Source of the DNA: Oopsacas minuta
Lineage: Eukaryota; Animalia; Porifera
Direction: 5' to 3'
Assembly (NCBI GenBank): GCA_024704765.1
Contig: JAKMXF010000177.1
Span: forward strand, 496,001-560,000
DNA length: 64,000 nucleotides
The position numbers and the translations under genes were made by a program. This document shows, one piece after another, positions 1 through 12,611 of this stretch (positions within the stretch are counted from its first letter, which is position 1; every line of letters begins with the position of its first letter). The notes beneath the pieces are model-generated. The model searched no databases, was not told where the DNA came from, and saw nothing but the letters and a program-made list of their open reading frames with translations.

Positions 1-149
1 TTGTGAATGCGATGAGTGAGTAATACAGCCTTTCATCTTTGTGCACTAGGATATCTTCAGAGAAAGAGCCATCATTACTGAGGGTATCTAAATGGTGAAA
101 TTAGTTGGCGGAGTTTCTCTGGTATTGTTGATCCGTCTTTTCAAAGGTT

Positions 150-954
150 TCAGTCTAGATCTCTTAACAAGCTGTAGGGAGTGATTCGAAGTACTTGGAC
201 AGTAGTACGGTTAACTTTAGTAACTGGATATGGACCGAACCATCTATCCTGTAATATTCTTCCTTTCTTGTTTCGATAAATATTTTCGATCAAAACATTA
301 TCTCCATTCTGAATTTTACTAAAGGCGATTGGATGTACTTTCTTGTCGTATTGTTGTTTCTTGAGAGTTTGTGAATGTGAGAGATTTTCTCCAACTTTGT
401 TACTATTAAACTCTTGGGTTTCCTGCATGAAATCAACGAGTTCTTCAATCTGGTCGTCTCCGGCCCACTCATCCAGAGGTAAGTCTTCTGGATATTGATG
501 AGTTAAGTTCTGTGCTTGAATAGGAAGTCGAGATTTCGTGAACCGTGCATTAGCTTAAAAACAGAGAAGGATGTAGTTGTTCTTGGCCAGATATTGATTA
601 CAAAGTTTATTTCTTCAAGGAAATTTGACGAGTTTTAATGTTTTTCATCCAAACATTTAACCAGAGATCCTTTGATGGCCTTGTGTGATTACTCGATTAA
701 TTCGTTTGTTTGAGGATGATAGGGCGTTGAGAGTATAAGCTTACAGTTATAATCTTCATACAATGCTTTGGATATTTTATTTGTAAATTCTGTGCCGTTG
801 TCATTAATGATTTAAACAGGTGCCCCTTGTCGACAATATATCGAGTAAATACCTTTGGAGGGTATGATTTTGAGTTGATGTAAGTGGAGATGGTTTCATA
901 TTCTACTGTATTAATTATTGTAGAAAAATAGAACGAACTTTTCGCTAACAACAT
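150..954 (-). mobile_element. Degenerate Ty3/Gypsy-type retrotransposon integrase remnant
   Basis: Manual minus-strand translation across frameshifts and stops gives STPYHPQTNELIE*SHKAIKGSLVKCLDEKH*NSSNFLEEINFVINIWPRTTTSFSVFKLMHG..KSRLP. This matches the integrase core YHPQTNG and SPFxLMxGR motifs. ORF 150-428 follows with QDRWFGPYPVTKV (GPY/F motif). In-frame stops show it is inactive; it may extend past the left edge. Confidence 0.8.
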
Positions 955-1362
955 AGGGAATAATTAAATAAAAGCCAAAATTTAGTTCTCATAAAGTTAA
1001 GGTAACAAATAAGATAAAAACCTGAAATAAATCTGAAACATAAAATGATTTGCGGATTACAGAGAAAAATAGGGAACCATTTTTGTCAAAACAGCATATC
1101 TCTTACCCTGAATTTAAGATATGAATCCTTTAGCACAATCACATAACCTATTTATCTATTTAGGAGCGATCAATTTTTGCTAGATAACGCGAAACCGATT
1201 TAAGTGCATGACGCGCACTTGAGGGTGCGTAGCGGGCACCCAGATTAAGGCATGATTATGCGCACCATCTTAACGTTGTTTCTAAATTTCGCGGACTCCT
1301 GCATGCGCCCCACGCACCAAGATAAAGGCCTGGCCGCCATCCACTGTGTACTTATACAAACT

Positions 1363-3207
1363 TTAACTAACTTTAACATCTTTAGGAGCTTCTAGAAGAT
1401 CTTTACCAATATGAGAAATAATCTTAAATTTAGTTGACAGAACTTTGACACAATTCTCCCAAGAACTAACCACATAAACAGCTCCCTCTGTTCCGACACA
1501 AATCCCACCGATTTGAGCATATTTCTCAACACTTCCGAATTTAACTCTTTGTACCACCTGGCTCACTAGATCAAACGATTGAACACTTGGTTGTATGCAG
1601 TCACTAACAATAATTCTGTTTGTGTGGGAACAAAATGAAATGGACCATGGACATAAAAATTCTCCAATTTCATGTCCATGCTGTCCGAAAGAATATTTGT
1701 ATTTGAATTCTGAGTCAAATATGTGGATCTATACGATTGATAGGTAAATAAAAATGATAAATTCAACAATTACACAAACATACCTGAGTATTGCCTCTAT
1801 CCACTGCATATATATCTCCATTTGCTCCAATAGTAGCATCCTGAATGATGGAAGATTTTAATTGATCAGGAACAGACATATATTTCAATGGGATATTTAA
1901 CGAAGAATAATCTCTATCATAAACAATAACATTTTCTGGTACCAATCTTCCTGTTAATAGTGCTGATATTGAAAGTTGATCTATCTCAAATTTATACTCA
2001 GGTACCTCTATACCTCTTAGAGACATGTTTGTGACATAGGAATGTAAGGAATGTATTGAATCAAGTGATAGGAATTGGTTCTCAAATGTGTTATTGGAGG
2101 TTAAAACCTACAATTTCAATAAAACGGTTATAATATGAGACTATTGACAGAAACATATGTATTAACACCTTGATTAAGTTAAGAATAAGAGTTCAATTTG
2201 AATAAATTGTAAAACAGCTGACATAGACTAATCCATTTATGTTCTGGATCAGAGCTCATTGAAACTGAATCAGATGGACATACATAAATATAAAGGTTCT
2301 GACATCTTCAATTAGCTTATTCTTGAACTGACTCGGATCTTATCAGGTGCAAGGAATATTTCAGCACTCTTATGTGGATGACACCGGGACACCACTCATA
2401 GCTACGTAGACAAATATAATTCACGCAATATAGGATATATGAGTGCGTGCTTCGCTTGCTCGCGCTAAGCGGTTGTGAACACTTCATGTTCAAACTCGGG
2501 TTACAGTCCTCGAGTACATAAACTCATAATCTTAACCGTACCAAACATGATACAACCATAATCTTTAAATCTGCTTACTTTATGTCCCCAAAAGTGAATT
2601 AATATTTATGATATGTTGTTACAATATCATATTCGGACACAGCATATTCGAAACAGACAGACAGACAGACAAACAACCAACCAACCAAACAAACAAACAT
2701 CAATTGAGATTCAATAATATAGATTAAAATATTTGTTGTAGGATAGTATACTATAGATAATAAGGACTGTTTACACGTAATTATATCTTCGGATAAGGAG
2801 GAGTTTCTCCAGTACCCAATATGTTAGAAAATAAATGAATACTTACTTACTTGATATTTAGATCCAGTTTCTGTTTCGTGAGAATTGAACTGAGTATCTT
2901 GTTCTACCAAGTCTAGGACTTCTCGTCTCATGTTATTTAATTCCAATTCTAAACGTGTTAATTCCGTTAGTTTAACATCAAATTCATTTGATACATATTT
3001 AACAAGTCGTGATTTTTCAAATTCAACTTTATCGAAAATAATTTGGTAACTAACTTCAATATCTGATAATATGGAACTACGATTTTCACATAGTTCCGAT
3101 TTGATTTGAGTAATAATTTCTAGATAAGAATAACATTTTGTTAGAGAAGACTTCAGAAGGTTTTTATCACTCTTTGTATAGAATTCTGGTAATTCGAATT
3201 CTAGCAT
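1363..3207 (-). CDS. Spliced coiled-coil + NHL-repeat protein 1 (no RING/B-box seen); 3' end unresolved
   Basis: ORF 2824-3207 is helical/coiled-coil-like and ends at a gtaagt donor. ORF 1763-2026 ends in an NHL blade (DATIGANGDIYAVDRGNTQ) at a gtatgt donor. A 55-nt intron (1729-1783, ..cgtatag) then joins in frame to IHIFDSEFKYKYSFGQHGHEIGEFLCPWSISF..IIVSD..GGICVGTEGAVYVVSSWENCVKV..LEAPKDVK. The middle exon (~2240-2400) and the last exon are not resolved. Confidence 0.65.
2445..2723 (-). mobile_element. Internally deleted non-autonomous Helitron-like element (family H1), intronic
   Basis: Minus strand starts A|TCTATATTATTGAATCTCAATTG followed by (TTTG/TCTG)n. The body aligns by eye with 43820-44297 (shared gagtacataaactcataatcttaaccgta and ctgcttactt.atgtccccaaaagtgaa). 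The terminal CTAG is not retained. Confidence 0.6.
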
Positions 3208-3452
3208 TCTAAATAAGATAGAAAGATGTGATTTATGAAATTCAAAAACAGGTTATAGAATATTTTCAAACTTAGTTTGACGAAAATGACCAAATGCTGT
3301 AGTATATTTGAGAAGTATTACAGTCGCTAACTGAATATTCCCTATACTCAATCAGTACATTAGGAGACCTCCAAGGAAGAACTCTAACATATTAAAATTA
3401 AGAATTAAATAAAAGAATTAATGTCATAATATTCATATTCAAAATAAGAACT

Positions 3453-4265
3453 TCAGATAATGATCCCATCAAAATAACAATCGCATCTTTGTTGAAATGT
3501 ATGATGAGATTTTAAAATGGCCTTTAAATCAACTCTTCTAACTCGATAACAAGAAGAATCAATACACAATTTACTTAAATGAGAACATTTACTAAATTTA
3601 GTAATACATTGTGAGCCTAACTTAGGGCAATGAAAGAAAGATAAAGTTTTGAGACAAGGAAATAATCGATCTAAACTAAATCTACTAAAGAAGTTTATAT
3701 CGAAAATAATACTAGAAAATCGTAGATTTAGTATTTTGGGAAAGATAGCATCAGAAAAAAATTCTTCTCTAAGGTCAAAATGATAAGAATCCAGTATCAA
3801 AGAACACAGATTTGGCATAGATGATAGAAACTCAAATAAGGATGCCAACTGTATTCCTAGTGGTATGTGTCTAGCCGAACCCGATATTTGATTCCCAGAT
3901 AATTGAAGGACTTGAATATTTGAAGAATATGAGAAAAATATGGAAGAATTAAGCCATGTCTTTAGAAATGACAAATTCAAAGAAGGAATACAGAGTGATA
4001 TAGTTTTCCACAGAAATTTGTGTGACAGCAAATAGTAAACTCTAAAACAAGTTCTTGAGAAAAGAATAACAGACTTAACGTCTAAATTATTCATGATAAG
4101 GAGAAGGATGTCATCTGAAAGAGGAAATAGATTGGTAGAAATAATGTCCATAGAAACGAAAGAATCCGCCTGATAATCAATAGAACTCTTCAGTACTTTT
4201 GAAATACTTTTGGTAGAATCATTTCTTTTTCGTTTCCTCCACAAAGGCACATTCTTAGAAGTCAT
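3453..4265 (-). CDS. F-box / leucine-rich-repeat protein, intronless
   Basis: F-box motif LSDDILLLIMNNLDVKSVILFSRTCFRVYYLLSHKFLWKTI, then LRR-like segments (IQVLQLSGN, LCSLILDSY, LKTLSFFHCPKL, LSKLCIDSS). Basic N-terminal RKRKR is NLS-like. Confidence 0.8.
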   Translation of the reverse strand: MTSKNVPLWRKRKRNDSTKSISKVLKSSIDYQADSFVSMDIISTNLFPLSDDILLLIMNNLDVKSVILFSRTCFRVYYLLSHKFLWKTISLCIPSLNLSFLKTWLNSSIFFSYSSNIQVLQLSGNQISGSARHIPLGIQLASLFEFLSSMPNLCSLILDSYHFDLREEFFSDAIFPKILNLRFSSIIFDINFFSRFSLDRLFPCLKTLSFFHCPKLGSQCITKFSKCSHLSKLCIDSSCYRVRRVDLKAILKSHHTFQQRCDCYFDGIII

Positions 4266-6005
4266 AGCAAGTATTCAGAGATAACCTTACACAAAAATTA
4301 TCCTAATACGTAATACGTTACTCAGAGTAAAATATATATGATTATCGGAGAATATCCTAAGAAACGAAAGTGGCTCAGAAGTAGGGTACAATCACGAAAA
4401 TATTTTTCAATCCAGAGTTTTTGGGAATCAGGAATTGATTTGTTTCATAATCCCGGAATTACTGAATTGAACAAATCTGGGATTAGAAAACCACATCAAA
4501 TTGTGAAATTTTTCATATAAAAGTAACTAATATTTAACCTCTGTGCGCATTAGGATCAGCGTGTACTGTGCAGGACCTCGTTACGGGGGATAGGAGGTAT
4601 TGCCCCCCTGGTAAACTGGTGCCTGGGGCACGCCCACCCCCTAGCAGGATAATCACACATGACATAGATTGATTCTGGCATTGAAGCACTATTTTAATAC
4701 TGTACATTGAAATATTTAGCTCAAACTGCAAACTGTAATATTTCGCCTTCATTGCTCGCATCTGTCCCTATAGGGCGTGCCTAATTTACGAGAAGTGACG
4801 TTGTGGTAACCTCCCAAATTCATCTCCCAAAGTGTATTACTATATTCCTCATGTATTCTGTGGTATCACTAGTTGCCTACTGTCCCGGGATCTTAGAGCC
4901 AGTACGTGAAATATTCTGAGGCGGTGTAAGCGTTAGGGTAGCCTGAAAACCAGTACAGTAAAAAAGTTGGGCAACTAGCAATCTATGGCGTATGATAGGA
5001 TTTCTAGCTAGTGTGAGAAATTTATAAGGGGTCCCTATTTAATCATAAACGGTGTGGGCTGCAGAGTGGATACGGTGTCAGAGGGTGAGCTTTCCCCCCG
5101 GACATCTGATCCTATGTTAAGGAGTCCCTTGGACATCTGCCGCTAGAGCGAGATGTTCCCCTTTGGGGACTCTTTCTATTAACACAAAAAGACTCCGCTT
5201 AATCGGGATACATGGACAAGGCGTATTTAGGTGCGTGGCGGGCAACTTGTAGTGCTATTTCAGCCAGCCATAAAGGATACAAAGTGCCGATCTTTCAAAT
5301 TCGTACAGGATCAATAAATTCTCGTACAATCAAGCATACCCAGATTCCTAGTGAGACACTTACATATGAAGAAGTGCTTCTCAACCGACTTTCGCGATTA
5401 TTTGGCCTTGAGGCAAATCAGTAATACTTAGAATATCGGAATAAAATAGAATATTTCAGGATTAAAGGCTCACGAGGCATATTAATACCATTGAAATCGG
5501 GATAACATCCGACGGTACTTGCTATGGGAGTCTGGATAAATGAAATGAAATCACGAGGTCACGAGGGCCTCGTGATATACTGTCCAACTCTCTAGGGTTG
5601 GACAGTATGTATACATTGGCCCACTGAAATTGAACACATTGTTTCCCACCACAAGTGCAAGTAGTATATTAGTATTATACATAGGCGAAGAACCCGAGGG
5701 CCAGGGGCCACGAGAAGAGAGGTGAGTCCAGTACCAAAGTACCATGGCCCGATAGCAATGTGCCTGAGAGCAGTAATAATTTAGGTTAGAGAGAGAAAGG
5801 AGTAAAGTTTAAGTGATGAATTCGAATATAACAGTTAACTGGAAAGATAAGGCCTGATTGAATGATACCTATGATTGTTTTGCTGCTAATCATGTACATG
5901 TATTTTTATATGACTACTGGGTAAGATAACAAAGTAAATCAAGGCATAGCCAATAATATGTAAATATATAATGCGATTTCTTATTTGAAACGTTTAGAAA
6001 TGTAA

Positions 6006-6650
6006 TTGTCCCTAAAATCTTTTCTCACCCTCGTTACACGGACTCAGCCAACTGACATAATAATGGACTTCGAAATAGGCGCTATCAATAGCTTTCGGTC
6101 TATAATGCCCATCTACAAAAGTAAGAGGATGCTTTTCAACTTCTCAAGAAACATTTGTCGTAAAGTACAGGAGCTTGGATTGCAGGCTGACTACATTCAG
6201 AATGAAGGCTTACACTTCGCATTCCACTCTTGACAACTCTTGCTTTGGCTTCACCATTTGATGTTCAGGAATTTCTCCCTCAGGTTATCGCGCAACTTGA
6301 TATTCCTCAAGCTCAGAAACTCGCTCTCTATTTGAGAAAACTTATGTTGGACGATCGCTCCTGGACGGATGTTTGTGTAACTAATGAGGTTGAAGCGTGG
6401 CACCGCTAATATAATGTTATGATTGGCTGTCACCACTCGAATATCTGGAAATTCTTTGTTACACTTCAACGTGAGCAGGGCTTAGTTGAGTCAAGGAAAG
6501 CAAAGTTCTTAAGTGGAGAAAGCCTACAAAAAGATCAAAGAATAGGGCTAATTAAGACGCTTTGAAGACATTAATTCTTAGCTATTTCCATAGAGCCTTC
6601 GTTAGAATTTCTAAAGGGAGTTGCTCATCGGTTTAGCATGGAGTCCAGTT
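6006..6650 (+). mobile_element. Degenerate MULE (Mutator-like) transposase remnant
   Basis: PTDIIMDFEIGAINSF..FNFSRNICRKVQELGLQADY matches the MULE D(F/Y)E..CxFHF.Q..WRK region. Broken frames downstream give TNEVEAWHR..IGCHHSNIWKF and LEFLKGVAH, typical of the MULE C-terminus. Multiple frameshifts and stops. Confidence 0.75.
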
Positions 6651-6874
6651 AGCCCTACTGTCAGCACAATAAAAGTGTATCGAAGTGTCCGTATCCCATA
6701 CAAAATACACGAATTACGTAAATCATTGTTGGTAACTTGGTAAAGAAACCACATTCAAATTCACATTGTAAATAACAATAATTTTGAGTGCGTACCTAAT
6801 CTACTTTGCTGAGTACTTTTTAATATATGAATTATTGATATATTTATTCTGAAGTCTCTTATTCTAATATTCTA

Positions 6875-8257
6875 GTGATGGAAGATCCTAGCTTAGACCG
6901 TAACTTCAAAGGCCATAAAGATGCTGTTACTTGTGTATCTTTCTCCCCAAATCTGAAACAATTGGCCAGTGGCTCATTTGACTCGTGTCTGATGGTCTGG
7001 CATCTCAAGCCTCAGACACGAGCTTATAGGTTTGTAGGCCACACAGATGCAATTCTCTCAATCGCGTTTTCCCCGACTGGCAACCTGATCGCTTCTGGCA
7101 GCAGAGATAGGACTGTCCGTCTCTGGCTACCAACCATAAAAGGGGAGAGCACCGTGTTCAGAGCCCACGCAGGGACTGTGAGGTCTGTGGATTTCTCCTC
7201 AGACGGACAGTCTATCCTAACAGCTTCAGATGACAAATCTATTAAAATTTGGACAGTACACAGACAGAAGTTCCTGTACAGCCTATGTGGACACACAAAC
7301 TGGATACGCAAGGCTTGCTTCTCACCAGACGGAAGACTGATCGTGTCAGCAAGTGATGATAAGACAGTTTGTATCTGGGACAGAGATAGTAAGGAAGTGG
7401 TGCAGACATTCTCGGAGCATAGTGGGTTCTCTAACTCTGTGGCTTTCCATCCGGACGGCAATTGCATAGCTGCTGGGACTACTGAGAATGTAGTAAAACT
7501 CTGGGATCTCAGGACTGGTAAGATTCTCCAGCACTACCAAGTACACTCAGCCCCAGTAAACTCCGTCTCCTTCCACCCATGTGGCTCCTACCTCCTCTCT
7601 GCTTCCACTGACTCTACCATAAAGATACTGGACTTGTTAGAAGGCAGACCCTTCTACACTCTGCACGGACATAAGGGCTCTGTACTAGACGCAGCCTTTT
7701 CTCCCACCGGGGATTACTTCGCCAGCGCCGGACAAGATGAACATGTTCTACTTTGGAGGACAAACTTTGATTCGAGAGACTTCAGTGAGGTCTTACAACA
7801 CCCACGGACTTCATCCCCTCCCAAATACTTCCACGATCCAATTCCTGACCAAATTGACACACACTCACCCTCTAAGGTGTATCCTTCTTGTACTCCTAAA
7901 GATATGACACGTGACCAACCAACAACAGTCTCTAATGTAGGTCCTGTTATGTTCTACTCTGATCCAGCATACGGACACACTGTTGATCATCCTCATACAA
8001 ACGGAACAACAGGTCCTACTAGGAGAGAGGGTCCTGTTCCTTCTGAGTACTCTACCAAACCCACCACCACACCCCTGGAGCAATGGGATATGCCCCCTCA
8101 GCTGGTTGGTACACTCGAGCGACTAGCGGGACAGATGGACATTCTCACTCAGACCGTGTCTATCTTGGAGCAGAGACTGACTATGGTAGAAGATAAGCTG
8201 AAGGAGTGTCTTGATAATCAACAGATGTTATCTCTCAATATCAGACCTCAGCCTTAG
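6875..8257 (+). CDS. POC1: Centriolar protein POC1 (7 WD40 repeats + C-terminal Poc1 coiled coil), intronless
   Basis: N-terminus [38 protein letters not shown] and the following WD40s match POC1A/B. The C-terminal [34 protein letters not shown] is the characteristic POC1 coiled coil. Confidence 0.95.
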   Translation: MMEDPSLDRNFKGHKDAVTCVSFSPNLKQLASGSFDSCLMVWHLKPQTRAYRFVGHTDAILSIAFSPTGNLIASGSRDRTVRLWLPTIKGESTVFRAHAGTVRSVDFSSDGQSILTASDDKSIKIWTVHRQKFLYSLCGHTNWIRKACFSPDGRLIVSASDDKTVCIWDRDSKEVVQTFSEHSGFSNSVAFHPDGNCIAAGTTENVVKLWDLRTGKILQHYQVHSAPVNSVSFHPCGSYLLSASTDSTIKILDLLEGRPFYTLHGHKGSVLDAAFSPTGDYFASAGQDEHVLLWRTNFDSRDFSEVLQHPRTSSPPKYFHDPIPDQIDTHSPSKVYPSCTPKDMTRDQPTTVSNVGPVMFYSDPAYGHTVDHPHTNGTTGPTRREGPVPSEYSTKPTTTPLEQWDMPPQLVGTLERLAGQMDILTQTVSILEQRLTMVEDKLKECLDNQQMLSLNIRPQP

Positions 8258-8925
8258 CTCTGTGTACAGTGTGTGTTAGACATTCTTAATAGATTCCTTA
8301 TAACCGAGGAAATTTATATGAAATCTAACTCTACATTGATTATTAAATTGCTACTTACCTACGTAACATTATGAGCTATTTACTTCCTGGACATATTACT
8401 GTACTGGTTGTAATTACTAATTGTGAAATATTGAATTCATAATTAATTCTATTATACAGTTTTAACGCCAATTAGCAGTGTTCGCCTAATTACAAGTTTA
8501 TCAGGGACTTAAGAGTCGTGCAAATAAATTCGTGTAAATAAGATACGAATTGCTGTTAGGGGAGCTCCACTGTAATTTCAATCCCAAAGTTAAGAATTTC
8601 GAGCTCGAACTGCACAACCCGCATGTCAACGTTTTTGGAATGGTTTAACTTTGAAATTATGTCTGAATCTACTTGCTATATGAGATATTGATGGGATTAG
8701 TTAAGAATATGGCCTATGATATATCTCAACCATAATTAATCCGCATCGTACCATATGTACCAATTATCCCCAGGGATAACCAGTTATGGTACTCTGACCA
8801 TTCACTTGTTTCATCTCTTCGACCCGACAATGTTTCTATTTATGCAACATTATGATACTTTTCGTTATTTTAAAACAAATAGTTTCTTTTTGTCATAATT
8901 ACAACAATTCCTTCTTGTTAATAGA

Positions 8926-9705
8926 ATGCTAAAGTTTGCTGTTAACTTCAGCTTCCTGTTCCAAGAAGTCGATTTCCTTCAGAGATTCTCTCTCGCAGGT
9001 AAAGCTGGTTTCAAGGCAGTAGAGACTAACTGGGCTATATTAGACTATGACGTAGAAACTCTGCTCAAGACTATGTCAGATGCTGGAGTGGAGTTAATTC
9101 ATTTCGTAGCAGAGAGAAGTACTACAAAGGACGAGGAAGGGATTATCGGAGTACCAGGTAGAGAAGCAGACTTCTTAGTAACAGCTGAGAGAGCCTTCAA
9201 ACATGCCAAAGCTCTCAATTGTCACAAAATACTATTTTCTCATGGATTTGCTCCTGAGAACCCAGCTGATATCCCTAAGCACGAACATACAATCGTTGAG
9301 AATTTGAAGAAAGCAGGAGAGCTAGCTAAATACAGTGACATCACTGTATTACTGGAGCCACTAAGCAGACCAGGAGTGTTCGTTAATTCTCTCAAATTTG
9401 GTATGTCTATCTTGAAGCAAGTGAACCTCCCAAATGTCAAATTACAGTTTGACTTCTATCACGTACAGAAGACAGATGGAAATTTAACAGAGTTCTTAAG
9501 GGAGAACTTTGACTATGTCGACCATATCCAATTCGGGCAAGTCCCAGACAGACACGAGCCTGATAGCCCAGGAGAATTAAATTTTGATTTCCTCTTTGGT
9601 GTGCTTGAAGAACTAAAGTATAATGGATGGGTTTCAGCTGAGTACTTCCCTATAGGAAAGACAGAGGAGGGATTGGGTTGGCTACAAAAGTACCTTAAGA
9701 AATAA
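8926..9705 (+). CDS. HYI: Hydroxypyruvate isomerase, intronless
   Basis: MLKFAVNFSFLFQE..RFSLAGKAGFKAVE, LLEPL, VKLQFDFYHVQ, HIQFGQVPDRHEPDSPGELNF, GWVSAEYFP..TEEGLGWL: the AP-endonuclease-2/xylose-isomerase-like TIM barrel of the Hyi family. Confidence 0.93.
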   Translation: MLKFAVNFSFLFQEVDFLQRFSLAGKAGFKAVETNWAILDYDVETLLKTMSDAGVELIHFVAERSTTKDEEGIIGVPGREADFLVTAERAFKHAKALNCHKILFSHGFAPENPADIPKHEHTIVENLKKAGELAKYSDITVLLEPLSRPGVFVNSLKFGMSILKQVNLPNVKLQFDFYHVQKTDGNLTEFLRENFDYVDHIQFGQVPDRHEPDSPGELNFDFLFGVLEELKYNGWVSAEYFPIGKTEEGLGWLQKYLKK

Positions 9706-11096
9706 ATTGCTCTTTTACATCGAAACAACTAATCACTTCTATTTCATTTATTATTTTTATTATTATTATTATTATTTATTTTATCATATCATGCTCTTTT
9801 AGGATTTATATTTAATTTCTACCAAACTATCATCATTGCTTGACTCTCCGTGAGGGTTTATGTAACTAGTCGTTCCTATTAATAATTATATTTATACAAT
9901 CTTAGTTATGACCATGTAGAATAAATTACTTGTTTTTCAATCCGGATTTCTTCGTAATCTGGGACGGTGAGCGGTATTTATTTTATTTTTTGGCTAGTTA
10001 ATGTGTAAATAAGATGACCCTTCAATTATCTCATCACATACTTTCTGGGGGATGAAGATATTTAATTACTTTACATTGTCTAGTTAATGTAAGGTGGTGG
10101 TTAGGTGACCACTCTGGTTTGGGAGGTGCCCCGGTTTGCGAGCTTCCACTATACGTGTTTTATGAGTGGGGCATTCCTTGTCAATTCACCAACGAAAAAT
10201 ACACCCCTCCAGAATGGTTTTGATTTTGGAAGATTCAGACCTCTCTATGATAAAAGATTGAACTTAAATTTTAGTCAAGAATACCTCAAGGAAGCTATAA
10301 TGTTACATTTGAAAATTTCTACTTTTTCCTATTTAATATCCCTTTCTCGTCACGAAACCGAAGGAATAATGCGAATACTTTAATAACTAAATACTATATG
10401 TTTTATTTTTTGACTTTCTGTGTATAATCCATTGCGTATAGTTCGATTTCATCATCAGATAAGCTCTAAACTGACTGAATACTGGTGAAATATTGCTTTA
10501 AAAGAAAATTACGGACTGTTTCAGTCCAAAAATTATTTGACATGAAAATAAAATCTTTCTAGCTTTAGTGGTCTCTAACTTACACAATGCATACCAAATG
10601 AATTGATGTATGATATATATTAAAACTGGAAGGGTGTTTTTTTGTTATTGTTCGATTCGAACCTTTTTAGAGTTTCTTGATCAGTCTTTTAGTTTAGAAG
10701 CTATAATAAGTCAAATTTGTCGACATGGTGACAGGCGACACTATAAGGCCACAGGTCCCCAAATGCGATTTTTTCCGAATGTCATTATTTGCGATAGATT
10801 ACCAATCCATTAGCTATTTTCATGGTTACTATAGCTATATGGTGTCGGACGAGGAGAGGATATTAACATAGAGAACTAAGTCCAAATTTTCAAAATGTAA
10901 TATTATAGCTCCTTAAGGTTTTCTTGGCTAAAAATTTCAGTTTGATCTTATATCATAGAGAGGTTTGAATCTTCCAAAAATAGATTTAAACCTTTCTCTA
11001 TGATATAAGATTAAACTGAAAAAACTATTCTGGAGAGATATATTTTTTCGATCTGTGAACTGACGTGGAATGCCTCACCCATAAATTTTACGTTAA

Positions 11097-11153
11097 GTAC
11101 GAGCCTTGGCTCGTCGCTTCCCAGGTGAACTCGGCGTTTTATACCTCGAGGTA
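11097..11153 (-). repeat. Isolated Helitron-like 3' end (GC-rich hairpin + CTCGT), same as 56630-56687
   Basis: gtacgagccttggctcgtcgcttcccaggtgaactcggcgttttatacctcgagg is the approximate reverse complement of tacctcgaggcgcaatgcgccgagttcatcgcgaggcggcgagccaagggctcgtac at ~56630-56687. Confidence 0.5.
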
Positions 11154-12611
11154 TGCTATAGCCCTACTACAAGTCTACAACTCAACGGCGCCTTTTGTGT
11201 TATAATTATGTAGATAGTTTAATATTTGGGCAAATTCATTATATTTATACAACAAATATTATACCTGAGAATCTTGAAAATACTAATTAGCGATTCAATA
11301 TCCTAGACTCCCCGATAGAACTGTTGAGAGCAAATCTCTAAAATTCTTTTTGCAATTCATCGATATGTTTACTTTTAACTCATAAAACAGATAATGTTGA
11401 TTTGAATCATATTTTCTTATAATAGTAGTCCATTATAATTAGACATGGAGCCTTGACATTTTAGATAAAAAGCAAGTTTTGGTTTCAAAAGCTTCTAATA
11501 CATGTCTAATTCATATCAAATTTTTTTAACTAGCTGATTCGTACTCAGCATAAAATTTCCAGAAATTGATGTTGAGTACGAATCTTGTGGTTAAAACTTT
11601 ATCCGATACGATTTGAAGACTTTACAGTTTGGGGATGTGCCAGCGAATAGCTGACCCGCCGTATTTGAAACTGCCAGAAAATCAAGTTTCCCTATTGTTG
11701 AATTCTGTTGAATGTTTGATTTTCATTTCTTATCAACTTTTCTCTTTCTTTATTTCCCTCAAGTAGTGAGTGACCGAAACCGAAATTAGGTCGAAATTCC
11801 AATATCCCAACGGGTTTCTCTAAACCGTATTTCGGCCACAATTAGGAGAGAATAAATATTATTTATATTTTCATCATCACTTAACAAAATCAAGTTTCTT
11901 TTCGGATTCTTAGAGCTTTGATAATTTTCTAAATTACAACATTTGCAAATAACAAATTTCTTATCAATTCCATTGGTTCAGAAGATTTGCATAAGTGAAT
12001 AACGTTTACTGGACATACTATATACGTATTTATAGCAATTTTGTCAATTCGTTGATTTTGCAAATTTGACAATAAAACTGTCGATTTTGTAAAATGGTAA
12101 AAAATCCGAACCTCTCTATTGGGTCCTGTACGTAACTAATCAACATAAAGCAGATCCCCACACATCTATAGGCCTCTAAAATGCCCTAACAAATTTCAAA
12201 TACAAATTTCAGAGACACTGGTTCTATCTATAGAGTCCTACAATAAGAGAATCTTAGATGTTGCATGTTGATTTTAACATTCGACAAAATCCACCTAATA
12301 TATATATATTGCTAATTAAGAATCTGACTATCACAGATGATTATAATTTATACATACCTTTCCAAGAATCATGTTTGTACAAAGGCTGTTATATCCCATC
12401 CCAATTGAATGACTATGTACTTTGTGTGTATTTAATCTTTCTTTATCACTTCTGATAAGTATTATTTCTTTCTCAGTAGTATTAAAGTATTAGTATGATT
12501 TCGGTTACACGACTGTTGCCGAAATTCGCATTAATCAATCTATAGTATAATCAAGGTTATATATTGAATTGAGTATAAGAATATTTTGTTCCAATTTAGA
12601 ATTATATTGAG

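Noticed and set aside
5577-5608. 12-bp perfect hairpin atactgtccaac / gttggacagtat
   Set aside because: Isolated, within degenerate transposon-derived DNA. No repeat elsewhere in the window and no functional context.
7024-8083. Antisense ORFs over POC1 (similarly over HYI, NHL, MATE, collagen and RNF213)
   Set aside because: They overlap well-supported genes on the opposite strand and show no recognisable motifs.
8926-9705. HYI as a bacterial horizontal transfer or contaminant
   Set aside because: HYI is widespread in animals, and the gene sits among eukaryotic genes with no operon context. It cannot be claimed without a phylogeny.
11765-11840. GC-richer stem-loop (gtgaccgaaaccgaaat..atttcggccac) as a tRNA/ncRNA
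   Set aside because: No cloverleaf and no A/B-box (TTC-containing T-loop) pattern; more likely a repeat fragment.
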